64,000 nucleotides of DNA from Asterionella formosa (lineage: Eukaryota), in NCBI GenBank assembly GCA_002256025.1, contig NKIB01012981.1, positions 1 through 64,000 of the forward strand. Direction: 5' to 3'. The translations under genes were made by a program, and so were the position numbers. The notes beneath the pieces are model-generated. The model was not told the DNA's origin. It saw only the letters and a program-made list of their open reading frames with translations, and searched no databases. Position 1 is the first letter of the stretch. Every line of letters starts with the position of its first letter. Positions 48,271-61,660 of the stretch are shown here, piece by piece.

Positions 48271-48811
48271 TTATGAAAGAACCGGTAACGACATTATGAA
48301 TTTTCGATTCATGATCCGAAGTGATTCTTTGTGATTCACATGTGTAAATTTCTAGTATAGTTCTTGAGCTACGTTTCATCATCGGGAATACTCTTCAAAC
48401 TTGAGACGGACGGTTGACAAGTCGTGAGCCTAAACAATTACATGTTTGCACATTGCAGTCTCAATGTGTGATTTAAAGGTTACCCCATCTATTTAGGATG
48501 TCGAGGGAGGTTATAAAATGGAAACCGTAATACAGGTCGACGCATATCCATTCCAGCACATGTCCAGCTAATAGTCGATTCTGCCATTTCAATCAGGATT
48601 GGAAATCATTCCAGTGATTGCCTCTTACACTCCCATCGGCAGTTTTCAAAACTGCTGCGTGGTAAGGTAAGGGTTCATATCAATCATTTTTGTTCAAGAT
48701 ATTAACTATTTTCTTGATTTCAGAGTTGCGAGTAAGAATGCGAGCATACATATTCACAACTCACCACATCAGCAGTTTCCAAAAATGCTATGGGTATAAG
48801 TCACGCGACAA

Positions 48812-50286
48812 TCATTCTCTTGCTAACAAAACATCCGCCATGAGGCCTTTCAAAATATCCTTACTCGTCGACTTGCAAGAATGTCCCTTCGTGCATTGTC
48901 CTTTCAAGTTGTCTGCGGCAATTAATTTAAGATTGTGCCTGATATAATTGCGGACTCCTTTTGCCTTTTCCATGGACACAAAGAATACTTCTTCGACACC
49001 CTTCCAGATTTCGTTTTGCACATTTGCTTGAAATTCGGCCTTTTTATAAACATCTCGTTTTCCATGATTTCCAATTATAACGTTTGCCATACCTGCCGAC
49101 GTTGGTGTTCGCGCACGAATAGCACCAGGCATCAACTCCCGAAAGCGCCGCAAACAATGATCATCCACATCATTGTTGCATGTGGCTAGCACCTTGTGCA
49201 AATTCTGATGCGTTCCCCTGGGTAAATCATCTCGATTGACCTCTTTTCCATACACCATGGTCAAACCTGGAGTTACGCAACAAGCACTCCTTACCCCAAC
49301 CCAAAAGCCCGCGGCAACGTCAGCTGTCGATTGGAATGGTGAACTATATTGCCATTCCATGTGATTGAACAAACACCAAATCGTCCAAGAAAACGGATCA
49401 ATAATGTGTTCGATTGCCTTCGCTTGAATGTACTCTACAAAGCTAGTGTGCAAGCCATCGTCCCCGTCAAGGCGAGTTTCCAGGACTATGCGACTTTGAG
49501 CAGCATCATGTAGTTGTTGCAAAAGGTGCAAGTCTCCGCTCCACAAGGAATCAATAGTGATATCTTCAATTGCCAGTGCATGACGAAAACCCTCTGGGTT
49601 TTCATTAGAAGCCACAAGCAAGTAGTTGGGATGACCCTTGAGCAGGTCAAGTAATGGTTCTTTTACCCGTTGGTCCAAATCTGGATCTGTCCGAATGATC
49701 CAGATAAATTCTTGTGATGTTTGCTTCACAATTGATGGTAGACAAAAGTATTCAAAGATTTTCAGGCGAGCCAAACCTAAATCGACCAATTGAGGTTGGT
49801 GTTGCATGAATCTGCGAAGATAAATATTCACAAGGAGAAAAAATGAGGACGGATACGGTGACGAACATGTGAGAGTCAAAATACTAGTCAATGTAACAAT
49901 GTGTACGTGCACATAATTGTTCACACAATAACCTACCTTGTTTGAATGACGTGAACAAGGTCTGACTGGCTCCAGGTCGAAAGCAGCAAACTGAACGAAT
50001 TCAAGTCATCTGTTACCAGCGAAGGCTTGACTGATGGTTGCCTTGGCGCAACTAGTATACTAAAAGTTGAAATGATAGCCCCAAAGAAAAGTGTACATGC
50101 GAAGCAAAAAATCAAAGTCTCTTGGGACGTGTGTCCCCGCGAGCGCCTTCGTTTTGTCCGATCAGGAGATTGGGAAGCGGTAGGCGATGATGCTGGAGTT
50201 GAAGTCCTGCTCGACTGAGGCGATCGTCGAAGCAGCTTTACCAAAACAGAATGGGCCGAATTTGAAGGGTAAGGCAGTGACTTCAT
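48812..50286 (-). CDS. Type II membrane glycosyltransferase-like protein (putative rhamnosyl-transferase family), 2 exons; intron 49812-49936
   Basis: N-terminal TM helix. HVIQTR|FMQ is joined across a 125-bp GT-AG intron. RLKIFEYFCLPSI..QT.Q.F.W and TRLDGDDGL (DxD) motifs. Confidence 0.8.
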
Positions 50287-52048
50287 ACTATGCCCATACC
50301 ACAGGGTGGCACCAATTTGCAACTAGGGTTAATCGCTGGATTTGGCAAGGATCGAACAGTAATTTTTGTCGTTGAAAGAACGGAAATGTGGTGGACAACT
50401 TTTCGATCATTGTGAATCAATGTTGAACGTCTTTGGTTTCGGAGGGAAGTCGGAATTGTTTCGCCACATAATACTTAAAATCTACTGAGAATTGGTTGGA
50501 ACGTGGACGTGAAAGGTCGCCAAGGTGTGCGAGCCGGCTTGTCGATATGATAATGGCATGCTCCAATCACACAAATATTGCATGTATGTGTACATTTATT
50601 CATTTTTGATTGTGACAAAAAAGCAAACATTGATGAATTCTACATACCGGTATATTGTATATAAATCTATCTACCCTGCATATTTAGTACCGGTAGATGT
50701 GTTGGTGTGGTCATCGGGGGATGCAAAATGATCGAACGCCTCTTGTTCTAGATTTATATTACATACAATGACGCACGCACATCTACGGCATCCATATCTA
50801 TTGCATAAATGATCTTCCACAATACTACATATTACAGTGCCGGCATATGTTCCGGTACTCAATGTTTAGCAGAATTAAATCCGATCATCATTAATATATT
50901 CTGACAAAATCCCTGTTTGTTATAATCTAGTACCAGGTACTCCGAGTATCTGGTATGCACACTAATTGGCAACATCCTTGAGGTAAATGAAAGCTGTAGA
51001 GGGCAAACAGGTACATTACCCGACTTTCCCTTCGGCTTCATTTTTGTTATCGATGCCATAATTGTCGAGAAATCCTAAGGAAGTCCATGTTGGTATTGAC
51101 GCTTGACATTACTGCTCCTATTTGTTTCTCTCTGTTTTAAGAGGCCCGATGGTGCGAATGTCAGGTTTTCCGGGTTCTGTCGCGCCACATTTGGATTGTT
51201 CGAGTTTGATCAGATGAGACTACATAGTATTTGCTGTTTGCGTTTTTTGTGGCTGAGAAGGGGTCCATGCTTGGCGATGGATCTGGATAAGTCTTCAGTC
51301 TACCGGGCTAAGGTTCATGGCAGTGTTGGTTTCGCTGTTCTGCACTGTCTGTTGGAGCTTGGTTAAGGTATATATGTAAATATTGTTCTGGTCGTTGTTA
51401 GCTGTTGGCTCTTCCATGTTTGGGCAATGAGTAACTCATTGAATAACTACCGGTTTGTTTATCTTTCTACCTCACAATAATAATATAGACTGCTTTATTC
51501 AGTTAAGTGTGTCCTAGTTATTTTTCAAACTACTGTTATCTACTTCGATTTCAGTTGGGTTTCCCAAATTGACACAACAGAAGCTGCTAGCCTAATACCG
51601 GGGTCGTTGTGAATGCATTATCTCGGTATATGCACAAAAATAATTGTGCACCTCCATCAGCACTGCACTCCCGAGGTTTTAGGGCAAGTTTAGTAAGCAA
51701 ATCAAACAGCATGTTGGCCATTCTCATCAAACATACTGAACGGTGCCAAACGAGCCAATATTCTTGGATTTTCAGCAGCAGAGGCATTTTCTACTAATTA
51801 GTGAACGAATGGTTGGGAAACCAAGCGAACTTCAAGGAACTTAAGGCAGGAAGTGATTAGAATAGAAAGAGAAAATCAATTACAGATAAAACGACTGGCA
51901 AAAAGCCTACCGGTTTGCCGTTGACAACTGTGAAGAATAAATCGGCAATAAATAAAGTAAACCATTACCACATGTACATGCCTATGATGCAGTCATACAA
52001 CTTCCCAAAAAATTTCCCTCTCCCTGAAAAGCAAGTATTCATGCGATT

Positions 52049-55000
52049 TTAGGCTGGACTGAGTACCTCATGTTCCTCCTGGATAGATGATTTATCTCCT
52101 TCGTCACTCTGATCAGACTCCTCGTCCAGGGGAGCAGCAAGCACCTTGCGTTTTCGATTAGCACCACTTAATATAGACGCATTGGTTGCGACATCACCTG
52201 TCGCCTCTTCTTCTGACTGAAGATTGGCAATAAAGTGAAGTGCATCCTTTTTGGATAAATGATGCAGCGATGAATGCTTCTGCTGCAAGGAGATGCCGAA
52301 GCAACGATCAGCTACCGATACCAACTCTGGTCTGAATGTGGAGACGATGAATTGAGTGGGGTTGTCGACATTGTGTGCCTGTTTCTGAATTAAAGCACTG
52401 ACAGCAGCGCGATAAGTTGAGTCTAGGGCTTGATCCAACTCATCAAACAGGTAGAATGGTGCTGGGTCGCATCTCTGAATACTGAAAATAAGAGCCATTG
52501 CAACCAATGCCTTCTGTCCACCGGAGAGCTGAGACATGAGGTAATTCTCACCGATCGCAGAAAATCTGACCTTCACCTCTACACCTCGGTAAAGGCTAAC
52601 TTTGGGATTGCTGGGGTCGACTGGTTGCTTCGTCACCTTCGTGCTATCTTCCGAGTCCTGAGAGCTAGTTACTTCGCCATCAGTCTCTTCCGAGTCATCC
52701 ATCGCTGTGCGCAAGACCAGTTCGCCAGCACCGTTTGGACAGAGCTCCTTGAACACTTCTTGGAAATGAGAACTAACACCCCTAAAAGTACGGTTAATAG
52801 CCTCATCCTTCTGGCGGTCGAGACTCTCGATCAGTTCTTCCACCTTCTTTGCACCTTGGTCCAACTCTTCCTTGCGAGTCAAGAGAACTTCGCGCTGCTC
52901 ATTGAAATTTACGTACTGATCATAGGCTTTTTTGTTGACATGGGAATACTTCTTGAGTTTCTTGTTTACTTTCTCTAACTCGCGCATCAATGCTGAGAGG
53001 GATAGGCTAGTGTATTTAGCCAGTTCAGCTGGGGGCGGTAAGGATCCGAGCTCTTGAATTTTCCTCATGTACAGCTCACGATTTGAAACTGTCATTGTAC
53101 GCTTGTTCATGAGACGGTCGGATTTTTCCTCAGCGTCACGGAGGCGCCGTGTGATCTCAACGTCTTCTGCCTTGAATTGTTCAATCTTGTTAGAATGTTG
53201 TAGGACCTCATTGTTGAGCGCTACGTCAGTCTTTCGAAGTTCTGCCAATCGAGCTTCAATCTCGTCATTTATTCGAATTGCATCGTCAAGTTCACGTCGG
53301 CGTAGCTCAAGATCCTCGAGTCGCTGTGCTTGCATGGCCATGGAAGAAATTCCAACAAGACTAATACGGCGATTGGTGACATCGTCTATTCCCTCTTGCA
53401 AGAGTTCCTCACGACGCTTGAGAAGGTTATCGTTCAAGAGACTGTCGAGGCGCTGTCGGTCAACACTGAGTTTGCCAACAAAGTCATTTTGAGCATCGAT
53501 TTCAGCAGCAAGTTCGACTTGAACAGTCTTCAGTCTAGCCAACAAAACTCGTTCTTCCTCTGAAAGGGAGGAGGCCAGCTGAGTCTCTTTTTCGGCCTCT
53601 AGACGCTCAATCTCGCTACCAAGACTTGCGATATCGTGTTCAAGGGCCGGGATTATTGTCTTCTCAATCGTTTCCGTATTCTTCTTTTTGGCTTCAGTGC
53701 GAACGCGAAGCCGTGCAGTCTCCGCTTCGATTGAAGTAAGCATGTGGTTCAGGTCACCATGCTTTGCTTCCAATCGCTGCAAATCAGCCACAAGGTTGGT
53801 AGCAGCTTGGTCAACAGATTGTGCTTTACGATTGACTTCACTGTGGTCCGCATCGGCCTTTGCTAATTCTCGTTGCGAAGCCTTGTGCTGCAAATGAGCA
53901 CGAAGTCGACTCCTCTGCTGGTCGACATAGCCACCTGTCAATGCCCCCTTACGACTGCAAAGATCGCCCTCCAACGTTATAGCGTCCATGTTGCATTTTG
54001 CACTCCATGTGGAGGCTGCGTCAACGTTGCGAGCAAGAAGCTTCTTACCAAAGACATGCTGCATGGCCCTTGCAACGTTGGCCTCATACTTGATGCACTG
54101 GGAAAGCAAAGGCTTGACATCAGCGCTTTCCGGATAGTCGGCATGCTCAATTCGTAGTCGGTTGAGAGGAAGAAATGTAACACGGCCAAGTCTTTCAGTC
54201 TCCAATCGTTTCATCAATCGTGCAGCAGTTGCGTCTGTATCCACAATGACGTGGAAGAGAGCATTTTGAGCCGCGACTTCCACTGCGCTCTGAAATTTTG
54301 GATCAACAAGTTCCATGTTATCAATGAGCATGCCGAAGTATTGTTCCCCAATGACAAGACGCTCCTGTTGTACAATATTGCTCAGGGCTTGCAACCCCAT
54401 TGAGGTGGCCCGAGGCATAGATTTGCGAACATCAGCGAGAGATCGCTGCGTATTCTCTCTGGCTTCCTTGACCTTCTCCGATAGTTCATCGCATTTGCGC
54501 CATTGTTCTTTTCGACTGTCAAGAAGCTCCAAACGTTCGCGTTTCTTCTCCTCAATGGCTCGAAATAACGCCTTCAGGGTTTCCACTTTCTTGGTGAGAT
54601 TTGAATTCTGCAGCTCAAATTCATTTGTTTCCTCGACTATCGAGCGACGCAGGTTTGAGAGCGAATCGCGCTGTTCATTGAGCTCGCCCTCCTTGTCGGA
54701 TCTGGCAGACTGGAGCTCCTTGATGTGAGAGGCAAGGTAAGCATCACGGTCTTTCTTGCTTGAAAATTGTCGTCCACGACCTTGCTTGGCGTAAAGACCT
54801 TCCATTTTCTTCTTGGCTTCGTCGTTCTCGTTGTTCAATCGAGTAAGTGATTCCACGGCGGAATCATATTTGGGCCCGATGTCCTCCATCAAGTCCTTCT
54901 GAGCCTTTGCAATCTTCTTGTCGATGAGCTGAATCTCGCGCTCATTCGCCTTTTGAATTTCTTCTCCAGTCTTGACAGACTCCTCGATTTCCTTGCATTC

Positions 55001-56188
55001 CAATTGCAACTTTGTTCGTAGAGTTACTGCAGCTGTCTTGTCCGCCTCCAAACCAGTCATATTTAGGCGGTATCGTCGCAGGGCATTTTGCTTCGACTTT
55101 CGTTGGGCTTCTTCCGTACGAATTGCGTCGTGTGTTGCCCGAGCCTGGTCATGTATTTCACTGGTAGTCTCGGTTTCGTTTGTCCGCTCGTGTTCAATAA
55201 TGTCCAGCGTCTCTCGCGCTTTGCGGAGTTCCTTGTCGTAGAGAGTATACTCCATTGCACGTCGTTCGCGATCCAGCTTTTGGTATTGCGTGAGTTCTTC
55301 TTTTTCACCCCGAAGTTCTGTAAGACGCTCCTCAATTGTATCGAGAATATCGTTGATTTTTTCAATGGACGACTTGTTCTCCTCCATCTTTTGAAGTGAC
55401 TCTTTTTTTTTCTCGTCATAAACCGTTGTTCCGGCAACTTCTTTGAAGAGGCGAAGGCGTTCGGCGTCATTCATGGTACAGAGTGCATTCACCTTACCTT
55501 GCTGCACAATGTAATACGGATTTGACTTGGAGAAGCCAGCCCCTTCTAGGAGTGACATAATTTCATTCTTATTGGCGCGCTTTCGCTGCAAAAAGAACTC
55601 ATCCTTCTTGTGTCCGACTGTTCGTCGCAAGACAACTTCATCCGAGTTTTCAAGGGAAAATCTGTTGTCTGAGTTGTCAAAGACAATTTCTACAAAGGCA
55701 TTAACCGCAGTCGATCCGGAACCTTCGTGAAGGAGAGCTTGACGTTCTTCCTGATGGCGGCGGGACACGAGGAGTCAGTTTACAATGGAACCACTTTTGC
55801 TGTGGGAACGGCGATGTTGGCGGCAAATTCTTCGATATAATCTCAGAAATATCGTGTGAACTTTCCGGGTCGATTTTAGTCTTCCTCCTTCGTTTCGAAT
55901 GATTATTCTGTCCCGGTTTTGTATCGAACACTAATCACGAGGCAAACGCATCGACGACGGACTTGTAACATTCTGAAAACATAGCCATGGTTGCTCGTAG
56001 AATCTACGTACCGTGCGTAGTGTAAAGAACCGCGGACTCAAGAGTGCGAATTGGACGGCATCAAAGAGGTTTGATTTTCCAGATCCATTTCTTCCGACGA
56101 CGGTGTTTGTTCCGGGAGAGAAGGGGTGAATCTCTGGCTGCTGTTTAAATGAACGAAAGTTCGAGATGGTGATTTGCTTAATGTGCAT
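52049..56188 (-). CDS. SMC3: Structural maintenance of chromosomes protein 3 (cohesin), 2 exons; intron 55751-56011
   Basis: MHIKQITISNFRSF, Walker A GRNGSGKSN, EERQALLHEG, GHKKDE (the SMC3 acetyl-lysine pair), hinge GRVTFLPLN, LSGGQK signature and FYLFDELDQALD. Confidence 0.98.
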
Positions 56189-57504
56189 TGGAGTGGATGA
56201 TTGATGATTTGTGCCTATCATTTAGAAATTAACCAAATGCATGTATGATTTTGTTTTTCTGCTACCAGGTACCGTACCAGGTACCGGTCTAATTGAGATA
56301 TTCACAGTACAGATACATAGGTGGTACCTGGTACCCTGGTACTGGTACTATGATCGAAGTGAGGAGGAGCCTATCACAGCGATGGCGCGCCATTCTTTGT
56401 CGGATCTACTATACCAGTACAGAGTGAACTACAAGGGTTACCACTGAGTATTATTATCGGTATGAACTTCTTGCCATGTAGCTAGCTGCCTTTTTGTCTG
56501 ACAATTTTGAGGATCATTACGTCGACATCACCAAGGTAAATAAGTACCTGGTACATACGTGCCCTGCAGATATGTATCGGTAAAGCCACTGGTACTAAGT
56601 CTTTCCATCAAAGAACATACCAGTGCACGCTCGATTTTCGTGATATATGGGGCGAGCAACACCGGATAGGTTGGTACATAACATTTTCAACATGAATTCT
56701 TGTGTTTGGTCCTCCGATTGGTCCCCTCTCTCCCTCAGTTAAGTAGAATTGCTACTTAACCTCCTGAACATAAAATCAATTTTAATCCACATGACCCTGT
56801 TCATTCAATCAAAAAACCCAAACTTAGCTACCTGGGTCAAAACCCAGCACTTTAGGTGAAGGGTGAAGTTGTTGCGTCAGTTGTTAAGAAGGGTAGTTTA
56901 CGTGCAAATAAATAAGACAAGAATATAGGAACCGACTAGTCTTATACTCCTCTGTCAATTTCAGACAGACAGCATTCATATTTGCTCTACTTATGACGAT
57001 ATCCCCCTACCTGTCAGGGGTCTCTGGTGATGTAATATACTATTGCTTGATTTCAGAAGATTAAGTGCTGAGGCAGCCAAGCTTGCAACATGTGGCATGT
57101 TTGTGAAGAGAATTTCCTTTATAGTGGCAATCACCTGATCACAATTATGTTTCTGCGGCTGCCCAGTCATATTTCTGCAGGAAAGCAAGGCAGATTTGTC
57201 ACCATCCTCTAAATATTAGCATTGTTTTCAGTTGCCCTATGATGTAGATCCGTTTCTACTGGTAGCGGATTTTTTCCGGCTAGACTGAATTCAGTCGAAT
57301 ATAATGGATTCAGTCTGTATTTTCAATCCATTGTCCCTTGTTCAATTCATCAAATATTTCATTTCTGAAAAGATTATCTGTATTTGCAGAGCAACTGTGG
57401 TAGGTTTCTGACTGGAGGAAGTATGCATAGGAATAAGTTTCTAGGTTTAAAATAAATTCAGTTACATAAAAAGCCTGTCTACCAAGATTATTGCAAAATA
57501 TCTG

Positions 57505-57810
57505 TGTGGCAAACCTGTAACCCATGGTGAGCTGCTCAGATGGATTGAATTATGGTGCAATGAAAATGGTGGAGGGAAACATGCGCCTTGATCATGAATC
57601 CCAAAAGAGATTACATATACTGAGGTTTTCAACAGCAACTACAAATTTCGACATGCTGTTGATGACCATAGTAATGCAAAGCGGCATTCCTCAATCAGTT
57701 TGAAGGTGCTGGTATGGGCTATGAAATGGTGGCCAAATAAAATTTTAGCATTCCTCTTTTCAGTCACCGATGTTAATGCCATGCTGGCATATGACCACTA
57801 CTTGTAAGGA
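57505..57810 (+). pseudogene. piggyBac-like transposase relic (internally deleted)
   Basis: Manual translation gives KPVTHGELLRWIELW near 57511 and YTEVFNSNYKFRHAVDDH...WAMKWWPNKILAFLFSVTDVNAMLAY at about 57616-57800. These resemble piggyBac-type N-terminal and C-terminal blocks. Confidence 0.7.
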
Positions 57811-58523
57811 GGAGTTGTGAATTGTGGAATTTTTCATGTTGTGACTGGTACACAACTAAATATTAGTAGATCAAATTTCAATTCTTCTTCGTTAATATGT
57901 AATCGGGGGCAAAGGTACCAGGTAATATTCATAGATGTATCTGAAGCTAAAGGAAATAACATTTAGGTTTCAAATATTGAGCCTCAAAGAGAGACTGAAA
58001 TCAGCCTAATGAGCTGGAAAGAACCAGGTACATAATCTAATACATTTTCTCATCATCTACAATATACCCTGTTAAGTTCTCTACTGTCCACTGTATGGTG
58101 ACGAGAATCCAAAAAACTAGACCCACCTTGTTTTTCAGTGCAATGGCCGACATCAAGCTGTTGTCAACTGGCATGTTTGCACCTGTCCAGTCTCCGTACT
58201 AACTAATGTCTTGCAACTAAAATTGTTCTGTGCATACATGAAAGGACGAAAACATCGAATTGCGATTCTTTGAAAGCAATGTAACCCCCTGTATCGACGA
58301 ATGATATTTGTTTTATTCAGGAATTTAAATTTTTTCTTGCAGTCACCAGGACATTGATAGTAAAGAGAGGAATTGTGCCTCGGGTCTGATGTCGCAGGAG
58401 ATGAAACGATGAATATCTGGACTCAGGCCAATGTATGTGTGACCAGAATCAATGAAGAAAGAGAGGGTAAATTTCTCAGCAAAGAGAAATTTGATCAAAG
58501 GTTCTGACGCAAGTGTTGGTGCA

Positions 58524-59384
58524 TCAGGTTTCTTGCAAATTGCATCGGATGCGCCTACCGAAGGATATCTTTTCAGGCACTGAGAGTACAGCTTTCGATG
58601 AAAATGTTTCAGTCAAATCATCAACACTGTCAGTAGTATCATGAAGAAAGGCACATTTGCTGCCTCTAAAGCATCCTCCACTGGAACGAAAAAATCTGCA
58701 AGTAGTGATGGCTCGTTTTTCTTTCTGGTGCTGTCGTCGTCCCTGTTTCTTGGCTTCCTTGGATGGATCCGGCTCCATATTCATCCTTTGATCGTTGTCT
58801 ACAGCAACATGCCGTGAATGTTTTTCAATCCATTTCATCTTTGCTGAATTTTTTTCTTTCTTCCTCGAATGAAACCTAAACCACTTGGGGTAATCATGAG
58901 CTTGCATAAGATGATAATGCCGCTCCTTGTCGCTCCCAAATCGACCCAGACAAGTCGTCACCAAGCATTTATAGCTACCTTGGTTACGCTCGAGAGATGC
59001 TGCGAAAAAAGAATCATGCCTTTCTTCCAAATGGAAATCCAGCAGTCGATCGCATGGAAATATTTCGTGACAAATGTGACATTGAAAGACATGGGTAGTT
59101 TCGTAGTGTAATTCCCAGGCCGCCATGGACTGCAACACCGAGGAACAAAGCGGGCACCGATATTGTGGAGTTTTTTCACGACTTTCGTGATCAATTTCGT
59201 CGCTGATATCACTGTGTCCCATCAATTCATTATTTTCAGTGACAACAATGGCAATGGTTGCATCATCCTTGTGTGCAAGTCGGTCTCCCGGTAAAAAGAA
59301 GGCATCATTCATTTTTCTGCGTTTTCGAGTACATGGCGGATCGACTTTCCGTCCTCCCATGGAAGTACTTATGGTGGATTCCAT
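58524..59384 (-). CDS. ZNF511-like C2H2 zinc-finger protein with an added CCCH finger
   Basis: Three C2H2 fingers including CHIC...LLDFHLEERHDSFF and CLV..C...HLMQAHDYP..FRF, plus CRFF....GCFRGSKCAFLH and C-terminal VPEKISFGR. Confidence 0.85.
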   Translation of the reverse strand: MESTISTSMGGRKVDPPCTRKRRKMNDAFFLPGDRLAHKDDATIAIVVTENNELMGHSDISDEIDHESREKTPQYRCPLCSSVLQSMAAWELHYETTHVFQCHICHEIFPCDRLLDFHLEERHDSFFAASLERNQGSYKCLVTTCLGRFGSDKERHYHLMQAHDYPKWFRFHSRKKEKNSAKMKWIEKHSRHVAVDNDQRMNMEPDPSKEAKKQGRRQHQKEKRAITTCRFFRSSGGCFRGSKCAFLHDTTDSVDDLTETFSSKAVLSVPEKISFGRRIRCNLQET

Positions 59385-60134
59385 GGTGCTTTGTTGAAGA
59401 TCACAAGAGGCCGAGCCCACTGCAATGCTTTGAGCAACTGTGCAACCATGACATGAGAATAATATATTGGTGTGGTATATTTTTGCTCCGTGCGCATGAA
59501 TCACGACGACAAGAAATCATCATAGGAAGAAAACTTTTCGACGCGTGACCGAGAGTCACGGTATATCATTACGGACTCCGGAGTACAAATTTACTGTAGC
59601 TATTTATTTCAAAAACACTACCGGAAGGATGGCTTGCTCAACTGGTTCATCAGTTACCAAGTCCTACCGGGATGTACCGTTAGTCGTATTCTGAAAATCC
59701 GAGTCGTGTTCAGTGACTTATGCAACAAATCGTCATCGATCAATAACAGGATATGTTTCTTAAAAAGAATAAATGACATCGAACTCTGGCCTGTCTTACC
59801 GGTTCATGGCAGGCATGAAACGAGTCATCGGGAGTGAGTTGAAGCTGAAGTACCCTAGGTCGTAGGTACCAGTACCAGGAACCTGGCACAGAATGTAGGG
59901 TGTACGACCACATACCGGTATACCGGAATGAGGATGTCCAGCAGCATACGACTTTCACCAATCATCACTCTATTGTTGATTGTTTGGGACATCCTGACTC
60001 ATTTCGTCGAACCAGCTTTGTCTGTGCTCCTCGTGTCTCGCGAAGTCTTTCACTGCGTCTCATTGGCTACTTTTCAAACTAAGAAGGAAACAATAGGATA
60101 AAATTCCATCATTGTGAAGAATATAAGCCGAGAC

Positions 60135-60659
60135 ATGACGCAGGCATTTCAACGCGAAAAGGTCCCGGAAAATAAGGAGTTCCGAATGTCCACGAGAGAG
60201 AACTCCGAATACAAATGGAAAACAGGCAAAGTGGTTGGCGCTTTTGAAGTGTCAAGCCATCCCACCTTGGATCTCTTGGAGCCACTTAAACCGATGCTCG
60301 CATCGGCTCAGTATGCGGAAAAATGGTTAGAAGCTCAAGAATTGTGGAAATCTATGCATTTGCGAAAGTCATTCGTGGAGGCTGCAAAATCGGTTCCAGC
60401 TAAGACTTGCTGCTGCGGAATGATTACAGATGATAAGGAAACAATGAATGATATGGTACCATTTTTGAACAATACATGGGCCAAGGAGGCGAATAAAAAA
60501 CTTGAAGACAAGGGGCTTTATGTGGACACCTATCTTTGGCGTTGGAGCAATATCTCGGGGGAGGCAAATACGATAATTATGCTTATTAGGTTCCACGAAA
60601 TTCAAAACGATCCAGAAAAACTTAACAATGCTGTCGGATATTTAGGTGATTCGAGATAA
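60135..60659 (+). CDS. Hypothetical protein
   Basis: About 174-aa ATG ORF with coding-like composition and a CCCG motif (possible palmitoylation site). No confident family. Confidence 0.65.
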   Translation: MTQAFQREKVPENKEFRMSTRENSEYKWKTGKVVGAFEVSSHPTLDLLEPLKPMLASAQYAEKWLEAQELWKSMHLRKSFVEAAKSVPAKTCCCGMITDDKETMNDMVPFLNNTWAKEANKKLEDKGLYVDTYLWRWSNISGEANTIIMLIRFHEIQNDPEKLNNAVGYLGDSR

Positions 60660-61069
60660 AGTGAATGGTCATGGATATCAGTCTGATATCATGGCCTGTC
60701 AAGTGCATATTTCTGTGGTGGCCTTTTCTCATACTCAATCAGCTCATTCCATATTGCTAAGTCCCTTCTATTATTGAGGCAGCATTGCTATCAGTATGAC
60801 CAAAAATTATGGAACACTATAGTTCTTTCAATGAGTTGATTAAAGCAGTTTCAATTGACTTTGAACAAATCTACTTCAAGCAATATCTTGCTCAAATTAA
60901 TCTGTTTTGCTTAAAGTAATAAAGTCTTTTTTGTAGTCACATACCAGTGATTACTTGTGCATGATACATTAGTCATATTTATAAAATGCACTACCTGATA
61001 CTGATGGTCTAGACTACTTCGCAGGTTTGCCTACATCTATAGTCTACCTACCAGCCAGCCTAGAGTGTA

Positions 61070-61660
61070 TAGGATCTGGCGAAAAACTAAGGCTAGAAAT
61101 TTCGGGGGAAATCACTTCATGAGAAGTTATATACTGATGCTATTTAAAGGTTACCTATGTATCTAAATTGCCTTCAGAGCTAGCCGACATTGAGCAAGCA
61201 ATCATTGTCCAAGAAATCAGCAAAATCGGCTTTTTCAACTGTCTCCAAAACATCGGAATCAGAATCACTTAGTGCCGAAACATTATCATCCAAATAGGAG
61301 TCTTGTGATTCAATTTTAAGTCGCCAAACCTCCTGTACAAAAAACTCCATTGTAAGTGGCTGCATGCTGCATTATTTATATGCTGATTAGTTTTTGAGAA
61401 TTACTTACCTCCAACCCAAGACCGCAGTTACCGAAATTTTTTTCTACCAATACTCTTACTCCAGGGAGTGAACACCAACACATCTTCCACTGCCCCACCT
61501 CACTATGGTCCGTGGAGCGCAATAGCGCCAAATCTAGAAATAGGCTAGGATAATGGCGCTATAAAAATGATTGATATGTATAAGAATTACTTACCTCCAT
61601 TTGATTGGCCTGGTCTGTGAGATCTTGCAAAACCATGCCGGCCACACTGGATACACATGT
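61070..61660. repeat. Dispersed degenerate repeat, copy 2 (interrupted by an insertion)
   Basis: Colinear with about 33845-34330, apart from extra sequence at 61414-61599 and some deletions. Confidence 0.85.
61414..61582 (+). mobile_element. 169-bp insertion with 17-bp target-site duplication (probable 5'-truncated LINE or SINE)
   Basis: AGAATTACTTACCTCCA at 61397-61413 and 61583-61599. The paralogous copy at about 34245-34262 has a single, uninterrupted site. Confidence 0.7.
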
